A DNA stretch of 32,000 nucleotides from Candidatus Nanopusillus acidilobi. Lineage in GTDB: Archaea; Nanobdellota; Nanobdellia; Nanobdellales; Nanobdellaceae. The notes under the pieces were generated by a model. That model was not told the DNA's origin. It searched no databases and saw only the letters and a program-made list of their open reading frames with translations. The stretch is taken from the NCBI GenBank assembly GCA_001552015.1, contig CP010514.1, forward strand, positions 240,001 to 272,000, written 5' to 3'. Shown piece after piece: positions 1 to 9,173 of this stretch. The stretch's first letter is position 1. Each line of letters begins with the position of its first letter. The position numbers and the translations under genes were made by a program.

Positions 1-1013
1 AATAATTTAACAGGTATTTCTTTTATATATTTTGAAATTTCATATTCTCTCTTTATTCTTTTTGAAATTTCTTGAAATGGTAATGGTAGATTTTTATTAT
101 AATCCCATGCAACAATCTCTCCTTCAACAACTACTTCATTATTTTTTATATTATTTAATATCAATTCTACTATATCTGGAAAAGATTTTGTTACATCCTT
201 TAGTCTCCTAGTAAATATTTTTACCTCATTTCCTTTTTTATGTATTTGTGCCCTTATTCCATCAAACTTAAATTCAAATGCTGCAGGAGAAAAATTATTA
301 AATACATCTTGGAAATTATTTGCCTTTTCTGCAAGCATTGGTTTAAATGGGTGAAATAATCTAATATTAACATTTTCAATATTTTTTGGATTATCAAATA
401 AATATTCTGATAGAACTCCAATATCTCCAATTATTGCATGCGCAATTTTAATTTTTTCATCATCAATACTATATATATAGGATAAACAATCTTCAATTGT
501 TCCTTCTAATACTCCATATCTCATATCTCCTTGTAAAATTCTTGTTAACAATTTTGCTTCTAAAGGTGATAAATTTTTATATATTCCTTCTAGATATAAT
601 ATTCTTTTTTCTCTAGACCCTTCCCCTTCCAAATTTTCAATTTTCTTTAATTCATTATATATATCAATTATTGTATATTTTTTGGCAAACCATTTGTTTA
701 ATTTTATATTTCCTTTTTCATAAATAATTTTAACAGCTTCTCCTAAGTCTCCGGATTTTTTATATAATAAACTTAATTCCTTAATATTTACTCCTAAATT
801 TTTTAATACATTTACAATTGTACTTATAGATATATTTAATTTTCTTTCAATCCATTCTTCTTCAGTATTTCCCAAAATTAACCAAATAGTTATTTTTAAT
901 TCATTTTTATCTAAAGACTTTATAAATCTAGATAAAACATCAATTTTCAAAGATTTTTCATTAATTTTCTCAACTTTTTCTAATACTTCTGCTAATTCGT
1001 AGAAATATTTCAT
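1..1013 (-). CDS. lig: ATP-dependent DNA ligase, N-terminal ~337 codons (3' end runs off the left window edge)
   Basis: Absent from the ORF track because it is open to the edge. My reverse-complement translation from the ATG (rc of 1011-1013) is stop-free down to position 1: MKYFYELAEVLEKVEKINEKSL...PAAFEFKFDGIRAQIHKKGNEVKIFTRRLKDVT...VVVEGEIVAWDYNKN... It contains adenylation motif I (KFDGIR, K-x-D-G-x-R) and motif III (EGEIV). Confidence 0.85.
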   Translation of the reverse strand, partial: MKYFYELAEVLEKVEKINEKSLKIDVLSRFIKSLDKNELKITIWLILGNTEEEWIERKLNISISTIVNVLKNLGVNIKELSLLYKKSGDLGEAVKIIYEKGNIKLNKWFAKKYTIIDIYNELKKIENLEGEGSREKRILYLEGIYKNLSPLEAKLLTRILQGDMRYGVLEGTIEDCLSYIYSIDDEKIKIAHAIIGDIGVLSEYLFDNPKNIENVNIRLFHPFKPMLAEKANNFQDVFNNFSPAAFEFKFDGIRAQIHKKGNEVKIFTRRLKDVTKSFPDIVELILNNIKNNEVVVEGEIVAWDYNKNLPLPFQEISKRIKREYEISKYIKEIPVKL

Positions 1014-1052
1014 TATATTTAATATAAAAATGTTTAATCTTATATATCAAAT

Positions 1053-3653
1053 ATGAATATTGATGATTTAAAAAATGTTTTTGAAAAAGAGTTTAAAGAT
1101 TATATAGTTGGAATTAAATTAATTAATAATAAAAGTGCTGAATTTGATAATTTTGAATTTTATAATAAAGAATTAAATGAATATTTAAATTCTAGAAACT
1201 TTAAATTATATAAACATCAAGCTGAGGCATTAAATTTATTATATAAAAATAAAAATCTAATTGTAACAACTCCAACAGCTTCTGGAAAATCTCATATATT
1301 TAGATTATATATTATTGATAATATATTAAAATATCCAAATAAAACATTTTTATTAATTTATCCATTGAGAGCATTATTATATGATCAGTATGAAAAATTT
1401 GAAGAATTAATAAAAGATTTTGAAAATTATACAAATAAAAAATTAAATATTAAGATGAAGTTTATTTTGGGAGATTTAACATATAGTGAAAAGGAAAAAA
1501 TAATAAGGGAAAGACCAAATTTAATATTAACTACAATTGATAATTTACATTTATATATATTAAAAAATCATGATAAATTATTTTATTTCTTTAGGAATTT
1601 AGATTTAATTGTTGTAGATGAATTACATTCATATAGAGGAGTATTTGGAACAAATGCTGCATATACATTTAGGAGATTAATTAGATTATTAAAATATTTC
1701 TATAAAAATAATAATTTCAAAATATTAACATTATCTGCAACATTAAGAAATCCTATAGAATTTGCAAAAAACATGTTTGATCTAGATTTTGAATTAATTG
1801 ATAAAGATTATAGTAATAAATATAGAAAATATATAATTTGTTTGGATCCAAAAAATTCAAGTTCAAGATTATTATTAAAAAGGTCAATAAGAATTTTATT
1901 AGAAAATAATATAAAGTCTTTAATATTTATTGAATCAAAGAAAGGTGTTGAATTATTAAGGTTAGAATCACAAGATTTAGATAAATATAATAAGATTTTT
2001 ACATATAAGGCAAGTTATTTAAGGGAAAAAAGAAAAGAAATTGAACAAAAATTTAAATCTGGAGAATATTTAATATTATTAACTACATCTGCATTAGAAC
2101 TTGGAATAGATATTGGGGAAATAAGATCTGTAGTAAATTATGGAATACCTAGAGACGGAATTTCTTCAATAATCCAAAGATTTGGAAGATCTGGAAGAAT
2201 TTCCGATTCAATAGATTTAATGATATTTAAAAAAGATGCACTAGATTTTTATTATTCAACAAATATAAATGAATTTTTAGATAGGATTGAAAAAAACAAA
2301 TTAGATAGTATTCCTTTAAATTTGGATAATGAAAAAGTTGTTAAAAAACATTTAAAATATTTAATAAATGAATTTGGAAGAATTGATAAAAGTATATTAA
2401 ATGATTTGGAGAAAAAATATTTAGAAGAATTGGAAAGAGAAAATATTGTATCAAAAATAAAGGATCCATTATTTGGAAAAGAATATTATAAATTAAATGG
2501 TCAAGTAATATATTCTGGATTAAGAAATATTTCAGATAAAGTATATTATATTGTAGATTTAACAAAGGAAGAAGAAGAAATGATAAGAAGAATAAAGAAA
2601 AAGGAAGGATTAATAAGAATAATAAATATGCTAAAAGGTAAAGGAAAAATTCTAGAAGAAATGGATGAACCTGCGTTTTATGATTATTTATTACCTGGAA
2701 TGGTATATTACTCTTCAGGAAAATCAATTAGAATAACAGATTATTATAGTATAGATAATGTTACATTTGTATTCTTTAGACCAGAATTTTCAAATATAGA
2801 GACAAGTCCAATATATTATGAAGATGTAAAAATAATTAATACAATAGATAAAAAAGTAATAAATGATTGGGAAATATATTTAGGAGAAATAAAAGTAAAA
2901 AAAGAATTTGTTGGATATATAGAAAAATATAAAATGGGAGAAAATTATGCACAAAATATAAATTATTATGAAAAAAGCATAAATTATGAATTTAATACAA
3001 AAGCAATATGGATTGTAATACCAGAAAGATATCAGAGGGAATTGGAAAGTATTTATTATAATTTCTTTTTAGATAAATTAAAAAAGTATATTGAAAAGAA
3101 AAAATATAATATAAATGTTGATGAAATATTAAATTTTTCTTCTACTATAAGTAAAGATTTCTTTTATGAAAAATATAGAGGGTTAGCAAGTAAAAAAATA
3201 AAAGAAATAATTGGAGAATTTTTAGAAAGGAATTATGGAATAAAAGATAATATATTAGTATTTTTAGTTAAGAAAATTGTTGATTATGAATCTTCATTTA
3301 GATCAGGATTGCATGCAATAGAGCATAATATAATAAAAATATCTCCTGTTGTAACATTTGTAGATTCGCAAGAACTTGGCGGATATTCTTATCCAATTCA
3401 TCCACAAACAAATAAACCAACAATATTTATATATGAAGGATATGAATCTGGTGTTGGTTTAGCAGAAATATTATATAATAATATAGAAAAATTAATTAAA
3501 AAATCTATAATATCTTTAAATAAATGTAAATGTATTGATGGATGTCCTAGATGTGTATATTCTTCTAAATGCGGAAATTATAATGAATATTTAGATAAAT
3601 ATTCTGGAAGATTTATATATAAAATATTTTTAAATACTAAAAAATCTAATTGA
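1053..3653 (+). CDS. Superfamily-2 DExH helicase with C-terminal DUF1998/MrfA-type zinc domain (YprA/MrfA-like)
   Basis: 866-aa ORF. It has Walker A TTPTASGKS, DExH box VVDELH, LSATL, and motif VI QRFGRSGR. The C-terminus carries GLHAIEHN and the Cys cluster CKCIDGCPRCVYSSKCGNYNEYLDK typical of DUF1998. Confidence 0.8.
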   Translation: MNIDDLKNVFEKEFKDYIVGIKLINNKSAEFDNFEFYNKELNEYLNSRNFKLYKHQAEALNLLYKNKNLIVTTPTASGKSHIFRLYIIDNILKYPNKTFLLIYPLRALLYDQYEKFEELIKDFENYTNKKLNIKMKFILGDLTYSEKEKIIRERPNLILTTIDNLHLYILKNHDKLFYFFRNLDLIVVDELHSYRGVFGTNAAYTFRRLIRLLKYFYKNNNFKILTLSATLRNPIEFAKNMFDLDFELIDKDYSNKYRKYIICLDPKNSSSRLLLKRSIRILLENNIKSLIFIESKKGVELLRLESQDLDKYNKIFTYKASYLREKRKEIEQKFKSGEYLILLTTSALELGIDIGEIRSVVNYGIPRDGISSIIQRFGRSGRISDSIDLMIFKKDALDFYYSTNINEFLDRIEKNKLDSIPLNLDNEKVVKKHLKYLINEFGRIDKSILNDLEKKYLEELERENIVSKIKDPLFGKEYYKLNGQVIYSGLRNISDKVYYIVDLTKEEEEMIRRIKKKEGLIRIINMLKGKGKILEEMDEPAFYDYLLPGMVYYSSGKSIRITDYYSIDNVTFVFFRPEFSNIETSPIYYEDVKIINTIDKKVINDWEIYLGEIKVKKEFVGYIEKYKMGENYAQNINYYEKSINYEFNTKAIWIVIPERYQRELESIYYNFFLDKLKKYIEKKKYNINVDEILNFSSTISKDFFYEKYRGLASKKIKEIIGEFLERNYGIKDNILVFLVKKIVDYESSFRSGLHAIEHNIIKISPVVTFVDSQELGGYSYPIHPQTNKPTIFIYEGYESGVGLAEILYNNIEKLIKKSIISLNKCKCIDGCPRCVYSSKCGNYNEYLDKYSGRFIYKIFLNTKKSN

Positions 3654-3657
3654 TTTT

Positions 3658-3864
3658 ATGAAAGGATTGACACATGGTAGTGCATTTGCAGCTGCATTAC
3701 TAATAGCAGTATTATTACTGGTTGGATACTCATATTTTATATATCATAATTTTATTGGAGGATTTTATGATTTTGTAACAATATTCCAAAGTTATCCTAT
3801 ACAGGCAATTATAATATTTATTATAGGACTAATGATTGGATATCTTCAGGGTAAGGCATACTAA
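3658..3864 (+). CDS. small hypothetical membrane protein (2 predicted TM helices)
   Basis: 68-aa ORF starting 5 nt after the helicase stop. It has two hydrophobic stretches (AFAAALLIAVLLLVGYSYFIY, AIIIFIIGLMIGYL). I recognise no family. Confidence 0.4.
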   Translation: MKGLTHGSAFAAALLIAVLLLVGYSYFIYHNFIGGFYDFVTIFQSYPIQAIIIFIIGLMIGYLQGKAY

Positions 3865-3897
3865 TATATATTTAAAATTTTTTTGGAATTATAATGA

Positions 3898-4644
3898 ATG
3901 AAGGTAACCTTTCCACAAGCTAAAGAGATTAAAAATATATTACCAGCAATAGTAAGCTTTTTATCAGAAGGAACATTTAAAGCAAATAAGGATGGTATAT
4001 TTTTATCATCATTGGATCCAGCAAATGTTGCAGTAATATTATTGGATATGTATCCAAATATGTTTACAGAATATGATGTACAAGATGAAGAAAAATTTAC
4101 AATAAATTTAGAAGATTTAAAGAAAATAATGACAAAAGTTGCATTAAAGAATCAAATATCATGGGAAATAGATAAAGAAAAGAATAAATTTATTTTAACT
4201 GTATATGGAAAAGCTAAAAAATTATTTACATTGCCATTAATAGAATCTGAGGGATCTTTTATGGATTTGCCAAACTTAGAATTACCTGTAAAAGTTGAGA
4301 TGGATTCAAAAGCATTCTATGATATAATAGACTCTGCAAAAGTAATTGCAGATGAAGTAAAAGTTGTTGCAGATCCTGATGGTCCAAAGGTATCATTTAT
4401 TGCTGAAGGTGAATTAAAAGATATGAGAATTGATCTAACTCCACAAGATGAAAGTGTATTATCTATGGAAGTTCCATCAAAAGCAATGGCAAGATATTCT
4501 ATAGATTATTTATATAAATTATCTAAAGTAGCAAGAATATCTGATACATTAACATTTAAATTGGACTCTGGAAAGCCAATATGGATTGATTATAAGTCAA
4601 CTGATAAATTTAGATTTGGATTTGTATTAGCTCCAAGAGAATAA
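3898..4644 (+). CDS. pcn: DNA polymerase sliding clamp PCNA
   Basis: 248 aa, the typical archaeal PCNA length. The pattern is PCNA-like throughout (FKANKDGIFLSSLDPANVAVILLDM..., ...VSFIAEGELKDMRIDL..., ...RFGFVLAPRE C-terminus). Confidence 0.9.
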   Translation: MKVTFPQAKEIKNILPAIVSFLSEGTFKANKDGIFLSSLDPANVAVILLDMYPNMFTEYDVQDEEKFTINLEDLKKIMTKVALKNQISWEIDKEKNKFILTVYGKAKKLFTLPLIESEGSFMDLPNLELPVKVEMDSKAFYDIIDSAKVIADEVKVVADPDGPKVSFIAEGELKDMRIDLTPQDESVLSMEVPSKAMARYSIDYLYKLSKVARISDTLTFKLDSGKPIWIDYKSTDKFRFGFVLAPRE

Positions 4645-4648
4645 TCTG

Positions 4649-4655
4649 TTTTTTT
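4649..4655 (+). terminator. oligo-T tract directly after the PCNA stop (candidate archaeal terminator)
   Basis: A run of 7 T begins 5 nt after the TAA at 4642-4644. Archaeal RNA polymerase terminates at oligo-T. T runs are common in this AT-rich DNA, so support is weak. Confidence 0.3.
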
Positions 4656-4804
4656 AATATTTGCCCCAATTTTAAATTTGTTGGGTAAATACTATATTTT
4701 GGATATATACCTATGGGGTATGTAATATTGTAAAATAAAAATGCGTGTGATTAAAATCTCAAAGTATTTTTACGATAAGATCTCGTTCTCATCAGTCAAA
4801 ATAT

Positions 4805-4817
4805 GAAAAATTTATAA
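4805..4817 (+). promoter_or_regulatory. BRE/TATA-like element of the histone gene (leaderless-type spacing)
   Basis: GAAAAATTTATAA. The TTTATAA (4811-4817) starts 30 nt before the ATG at 4841, and there is no Shine-Dalgarno-like purine run in between. Confidence 0.4.
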
Positions 4818-4840
4818 GGGAGTTTAATAATATATATTTT

Positions 4841-5083
4841 ATGGCAAGAGGAGAGAGGGGAATTCCAATGGCTGTAGTTGAAAGGATCCTAAAGCAAAAG
4901 GGTGAACAAGCAGGAGTAACAAGAGTATCAGATAAAGCAATTAGATACCTAAAACAAGAATTAGAAGATATAGCATTAGAAGTTGCAAAAGAAGCAGTTT
5001 CATTGGCAAATCATGGAAAAAGGACAACTGTAAAGAGGGAAGATATACAATTAGCAACAAAACAAATATTCAAGAAGATGTAA
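4841..5083 (+). CDS. archaeal histone (HMf/histone-fold family)
   Basis: 80 aa: GIPMAVVERILKQKG...RVSDKAIRYLKQELEDIALEVAKEAVSLANHGKRTTVKREDIQLA is a classic archaeal histone-fold sequence. It has a short basic N-terminal extension, MARGERG. Confidence 0.9.
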   Translation: MARGERGIPMAVVERILKQKGEQAGVTRVSDKAIRYLKQELEDIALEVAKEAVSLANHGKRTTVKREDIQLATKQIFKKM

Positions 5084-5148
5084 AGGCTTTATAATAATTT
5101 TATTTTTCTTTCTTCTATATTTTTAAATATAAATTGTTATAATATTTT

Positions 5149-5760
5149 ATGGAAACAATGAGCTTAGCTTCTTTAGAAGAAGAAATATATTTGAGAGGAT
5201 TAACAGGATATATTGTAGCAAAAAGAATATTTGATGGATATAAGAATATAGCAATAATAACATATCCAGATAGAGTATGTTCTTCTCTATCATCTTCTTT
5301 AGTATCTTCCCTAATATCAAAACAAGGATATAGAGATAAAATAGCAAAAATATATTTATATGATGATAATAAGTTGAATGATATAGCAAAAGATATTGTA
5401 AAAAATAATTTTGATTCTGTATTTATTGCATATGGTGGTGAACAAAAGATATCATATGTATCAGAAATAACAAAGAAAACAATATTGGCATTAAAAAATG
5501 CTGGATATAAAAATTCATTGTTAATCCATGTAAGAATTTGGATTGCAACAAAACAATTATCAGAAATATTGAATGATGAAATAAGAGAATATCTAAAATC
5601 TTTAAAAGAAATAAGAGTATTTACAGCAGATTTGCAAAATAAATTATTTATATTTCATAAAGTAAAGATAGATAATGAAATAAAATTAGAAAAATATGCA
5701 GAAGAAAAAATTACAGATGAGCATGTAGAATTATTAAAGAAATCTGTTCCTCCCAAATAA
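5149..5760 (+). CDS. hypothetical protein
   Basis: 203-aa ORF with normal (not low-complexity) composition and a TATA-like TTTTTAAATATAAA about 25-30 nt upstream. I recognise no motif. Confidence 0.5.
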   Translation: METMSLASLEEEIYLRGLTGYIVAKRIFDGYKNIAIITYPDRVCSSLSSSLVSSLISKQGYRDKIAKIYLYDDNKLNDIAKDIVKNNFDSVFIAYGGEQKISYVSEITKKTILALKNAGYKNSLLIHVRIWIATKQLSEILNDEIREYLKSLKEIRVFTADLQNKLFIFHKVKIDNEIKLEKYAEEKITDEHVELLKKSVPPK

Positions 5761-5800
5761 TTTTTTAATATTTATAAATTATAATATATTTTTTAAATTA

Positions 5801-6466
5801 ATGGAATATAAAATTGAAGGAAATAGTATACAACATATTATAATCAATTTAAATCCAGGAGAATCTGTATATGTTAATCCGGGGCATTTAATATGGAAAT
5901 CTTCTACAGTAAATGTAAATGCAGTTGTTCAAGGAGGAATATTTTCTGGTATTGGTAGAAAGCTTACAGGTTCTTCTTTCTTTGTTCTAAAGTTAACAGG
6001 CCCTGGAATGGTAGATTTAACTGGATATGTACCTGGTAAGATTGTTGAAATAAATTTAAATAATTATGAAATATTTGTTGAATATAGAGGATTTTTGGCT
6101 GCAGAATCTAGTGTAAAATATAATGCAGCTCTAACAAGATTGGGATTTGGAATACTTGCAGGAGAAGGACTATTAATGGCAAAATTTTCAGGAATTGGTA
6201 AATTATTTTTACATGCTCCAGGAGATATTTTACAATTAAATTTAAATGCAGGGCAATCTATAGATGTAGAGGCAGGTCATGTTTTAGCTTATACTGCTGG
6301 TACTAAGGTATCATTTAAAAGAGTAGGAGGAATTAAAGCAATGTTTCTAGGTGGTGAAGGATTATTCTTTGCACATTTAGAAGGACCAGGTTTTGTATGG
6401 ATTAGAACTTTGAGTAGATTGCAATTAATAGAAGGATTAATGCCTGAATTATCTAGATTTAAATAA
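5801..6466 (+). CDS. AIM24/DUF124 (TIGR00266-like) family protein
   Basis: 221 aa with the repeated beta-rich signature of this family: LNPGESVYVNPGHLIWKSS, LTGSSFFVLKLTGPGMVDL, GEGLLMAKFSGIGKLFLHAPG, GGEGLFFAHLEGPGFVWI. Confidence 0.75.
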   Translation: MEYKIEGNSIQHIIINLNPGESVYVNPGHLIWKSSTVNVNAVVQGGIFSGIGRKLTGSSFFVLKLTGPGMVDLTGYVPGKIVEINLNNYEIFVEYRGFLAAESSVKYNAALTRLGFGILAGEGLLMAKFSGIGKLFLHAPGDILQLNLNAGQSIDVEAGHVLAYTAGTKVSFKRVGGIKAMFLGGEGLFFAHLEGPGFVWIRTLSRLQLIEGLMPELSRFK

Positions 6467-6937
6467 AGATTTATAATATTTACAATATTTATTTATTTTA
6501 CATATATTACATTTTGGATTAATAGGTTTACATATATTTCTTCCAAATAAAACAAACAAAAAATTAATTTTATTATAATATTCTTTTGGTATAACCTTAT
6601 ATAATTCCATTTCAGTCTCTTCAGGATTTTTTGTTTTTACTAATCCAATTCTGTTTGATATTCTATGAACATGTGTATCTACTGCAATATAATTTTTATT
6701 ACATACAATTATTAAATATACATTTGCAATCTTTCTTCCAACTCCAGGTAAAGATCTAATATATTCTTCATCGCAATATTTATTATAATCCCATTTTTCG
6801 GCAATTTCTTTAATCCATTTTGCTTTATTATTATATAATCCAATATCCTTTATTGTATCCTTTATTTCTTCTAAAGATGCATTTCTAATATCTTCAACTT
6901 TATTATATTTATTAAATAATCTTTCAGAAACTTCCAA
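6449..6937 (-). CDS. nth: endonuclease III (Nth), main C-terminal part; N-terminus lies upstream in another frame
   Basis: HhH-GPD signature LPGVGRKIANVYL...AVDTHVHRISNRIG, and 4Fe-4S loop CKPINPKCNICKINKYC (C-x6-C-x2-C-x5-C). The ORF-track start is a TTG. The same frame stays open upstream to a stop at 6986-6988 and reads GINNILLSIRVREEKT. Confidence 0.85.
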   Translation of the reverse strand: MEVSERLFNKYNKVEDIRNASLEEIKDTIKDIGLYNNKAKWIKEIAEKWDYNKYCDEEYIRSLPGVGRKIANVYLIIVCNKNYIAVDTHVHRISNRIGLVKTKNPEETEMELYKVIPKEYYNKINFLFVLFGRNICKPINPKCNICKINKYCKYYKSLFKSR

Positions 6938-6957
6938 TGTTTTTTCTTCCCTTACTC

Positions 6958-7092
6958 TTATAGATAATAATATGTTATTAATACCTTAAATGGATCCTTA
7001 TATTTTTCCCAAATATATGGGGATGCAAGTTTTTCATTTATATTATTTTCCTTTAATGTTTCTTCAATTCCATTAATTATTTCTTTTATCAT
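6958..7092 (-). CDS. nth: N-terminal segment of nth, frame-shifted relative to 6449..6937
   Basis: ATG at rc 7090-7092. My translation is MIKEIINGIEETLKENNINEKLASPYIWEKYKDPFKVLITYYYL*. DPFKVLI joined to NILLSIRVREEKTLEVSERLF in the downstream frame reproduces the conserved Nth N-terminal block (E. coli SPFELLIAVLLSAQATDVSVNKATAKLY, from memory). The start overlaps the last 20 nt of the upstream M16 peptidase gene. Confidence 0.7.
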   Translation of the reverse strand: MIKEIINGIEETLKENNINEKLASPYIWEKYKDPFKVLITYYYL

Positions 7093-8308
7093 AATCTTCA
7101 GGATAAATTATAACTTTTTTGCCTTTTTCAAATAAATCATATATATATTTATTATTTTCTTCAATAAAATCTCTATCTATATTTGATAATAAATTATATA
7201 CTTTATTGAAATATTGATCATAATCCATATTTAATATTTTTATCAAATATGGATCTGTTTCTATCCTTTTTAATATGTTTTCCTTTCTAAGATTATAATT
7301 AAATTTATATATATTTGATCTTGCTTTTTTATATTTGTCATCTATATTTTTTAAGTTATCTAAAAATTCTTCAATTGCTTTATTTATTATTTTTTCTTTA
7401 TCGATTTGAAATCCTGGTATTATTAGTGAATATATAATTTCATCATCATAGAAATTCGATAAAGAAAGCGAAGGAGAATATCCTATACCATATTTATTTC
7501 TAAATATTTCAAATATTTTTGAAGATGCTCCTAAATTATAAAATTCTGTTAATGCATCAATTAATATTATATTTTTAATATCACTATTTATATTAATACT
7601 ATAATATATTTGTTGTATATTTTTCATTTTTATTATTATATCTTTTCCTTCTCCCTTATTTGGATTTTTCAATTTTATATTATCTCCTTCCAATCTGGAA
7701 AAATATTTCTTGACAATTTCAATATCTTTATCACTTATATTCCCTTCTAAAAATATTGAAATATTTTTTGGAGAGTAGTATTTATATTTAAATTCCTCTA
7801 ATGTATCCTTTGTTATATTATTAACCGTTTCAATATATCCTCCTACAGGATCCCCATAATCAGAATCTCCATAAACAGATTTTGATAAGTTATCATTCAA
7901 ACTTACTGTTGGGTCATCTTCTCTCATCATTATTTCTGTTTTTACGACATTTTTCTCATTTTCAAATTCATTATTATCATATTTATCATTTTCAAACATC
8001 CAATAAAATAAGTCCACAATATTTTCAAATCCTTCTTTCATTACTGCAGCAAAATATAGAGTATAATTATAATAAGTCATTGCATTATGAATTGATCCAT
8101 TTTCTTCAAATAATAGATGTATTTGATTTTTGTTATATTTTTTATTAGATTGAAACATCATATGTTCCAGTAAATGGGAAATTCCCCTAAATTCTTTATC
8201 CTCAAATATTGATCCAATGTTTACTAATATTCCTATTGCAATATTCTCATTTCTAAATGGTACTTTATATAATTTTATTCCATTATCCAAGATTTCATAA
8301 TCAACCAT
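7073..8308 (-). CDS. M16-family (pitrilysin/insulinase-like) zinc peptidase
   Basis: 411 aa with the inverted zinc motif H-x-x-E-H in GISHLLEHMMF near the N-terminus. Size and layout fit M16. Confidence 0.85.
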   Translation of the reverse strand: MVDYEILDNGIKLYKVPFRNENIAIGILVNIGSIFEDKEFRGISHLLEHMMFQSNKKYNKNQIHLLFEENGSIHNAMTYYNYTLYFAAVMKEGFENIVDLFYWMFENDKYDNNEFENEKNVVKTEIMMREDDPTVSLNDNLSKSVYGDSDYGDPVGGYIETVNNITKDTLEEFKYKYYSPKNISIFLEGNISDKDIEIVKKYFSRLEGDNIKLKNPNKGEGKDIIIKMKNIQQIYYSININSDIKNIILIDALTEFYNLGASSKIFEIFRNKYGIGYSPSLSLSNFYDDEIIYSLIIPGFQIDKEKIINKAIEEFLDNLKNIDDKYKKARSNIYKFNYNLRKENILKRIETDPYLIKILNMDYDQYFNKVYNLLSNIDRDFIEENNKYIYDLFEKGKKVIIYPEDYDKRNN

Positions 8309-8397
8309 TAATATAATTTATTAGTATTATGTTTATGTTTTTTAGATAAAATATTCAATGGTAATATATATAAGTAATTCAAATTAATAATAATTTT

Positions 8398-8799
8398 ATG
8401 CCAGAGATACAAGTTAAGAAGGTTATTGATTTAAAGAAAGGATCATATATATGGTATAATAATGAAGTATGGGAAGTATTAGAAATGGAAACTGCAAAGA
8501 CAGGAAAGCATGGTTCTGCAAAGGCTAGAATTTTAATAAGATCTGTTGTATCTGGAAAGACTACCGAGTTAGTAAAACCAACACAAGATCCAATAGAAGT
8601 TCCTGTTATAAATAAAATAAAGGGACAGGTTATTGCAAAAATATCGGATGATAAATATACAATAATGGATTTAGATACATATGAAACATTTGATGCAAAG
8701 GTATTGGATGAGAATTTAAAAGGTAAGATACAGGAAGGACAAAAAGTTTTAGTTTGGGATGTTGGAGAAAGAATAATTGTACAGGCATTTAGAGAATAA
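8398..8799 (+). CDS. eif5a: translation initiation factor 5A (aIF5A)
   Basis: 133 aa with the hypusine-site motif TAKTGKHGSAKARI, then an OB-fold-like C-terminal half. Confidence 0.92.
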   Translation: MPEIQVKKVIDLKKGSYIWYNNEVWEVLEMETAKTGKHGSAKARILIRSVVSGKTTELVKPTQDPIEVPVINKIKGQVIAKISDDKYTIMDLDTYETFDAKVLDENLKGKIQEGQKVLVWDVGERIIVQAFRE

Positions 8800-9173
8800 T
8801 GGCTTTATTAGATCTTATAGATAAATTTAAGTATAAAATAAGAGATAAAAGTATAGACATATTTTTTGATGATGAAAGTGAAAAATTAAAAATATCAAAG
8901 TTTATTGAAGATATTACTCCAGAAAGTTTAAGAAAATATATAAAATCATCTTTGAGATATTCATTTCCAGAAACAATAGAAGATCTTTATGGATCATATT
9001 TAGTAAATACAGGAACACTTTTTTTATTATTAGGATTATTAAGCAATAATTATATATTTGATCATTTATTATATGTAGCCTTAGGATATTCTTCTTCAAT
9101 AATTATTTCTACACTTTATTATAAGAATGATAAATTTAGAAAAGTAGCTAAAAGGGTTACTCCATATACTTAA
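8799..9173 (+). CDS. hypothetical membrane protein
   Basis: 124-aa ORF whose start overlaps the aIF5A stop (TAATG). The C-terminal half is hydrophobic (GTLFLLLGLLSNNYIF..., ALGYSSSIIISTLYY). I recognise no family. Confidence 0.45.
   Translation: MALLDLIDKFKYKIRDKSIDIFFDDESEKLKISKFIEDITPESLRKYIKSSLRYSFPETIEDLYGSYLVNTGTLFLLLGLLSNNYIFDHLLYVALGYSSSIIISTLYYKNDKFRKVAKRVTPYT

Noticed and set aside
4786-4792. CTGATGA on the minus strand of the PCNA-histone spacer, considered as the C box of a second box C/D sRNA
   Set aside because: Within the next ~100 nt on that strand there is no CTGA D box, no recognisable D'/C' pair, and no 12-nt-spaced architecture. A single box is expected by chance. I kept it only as part of the low-confidence 'candidate ncRNA' note.
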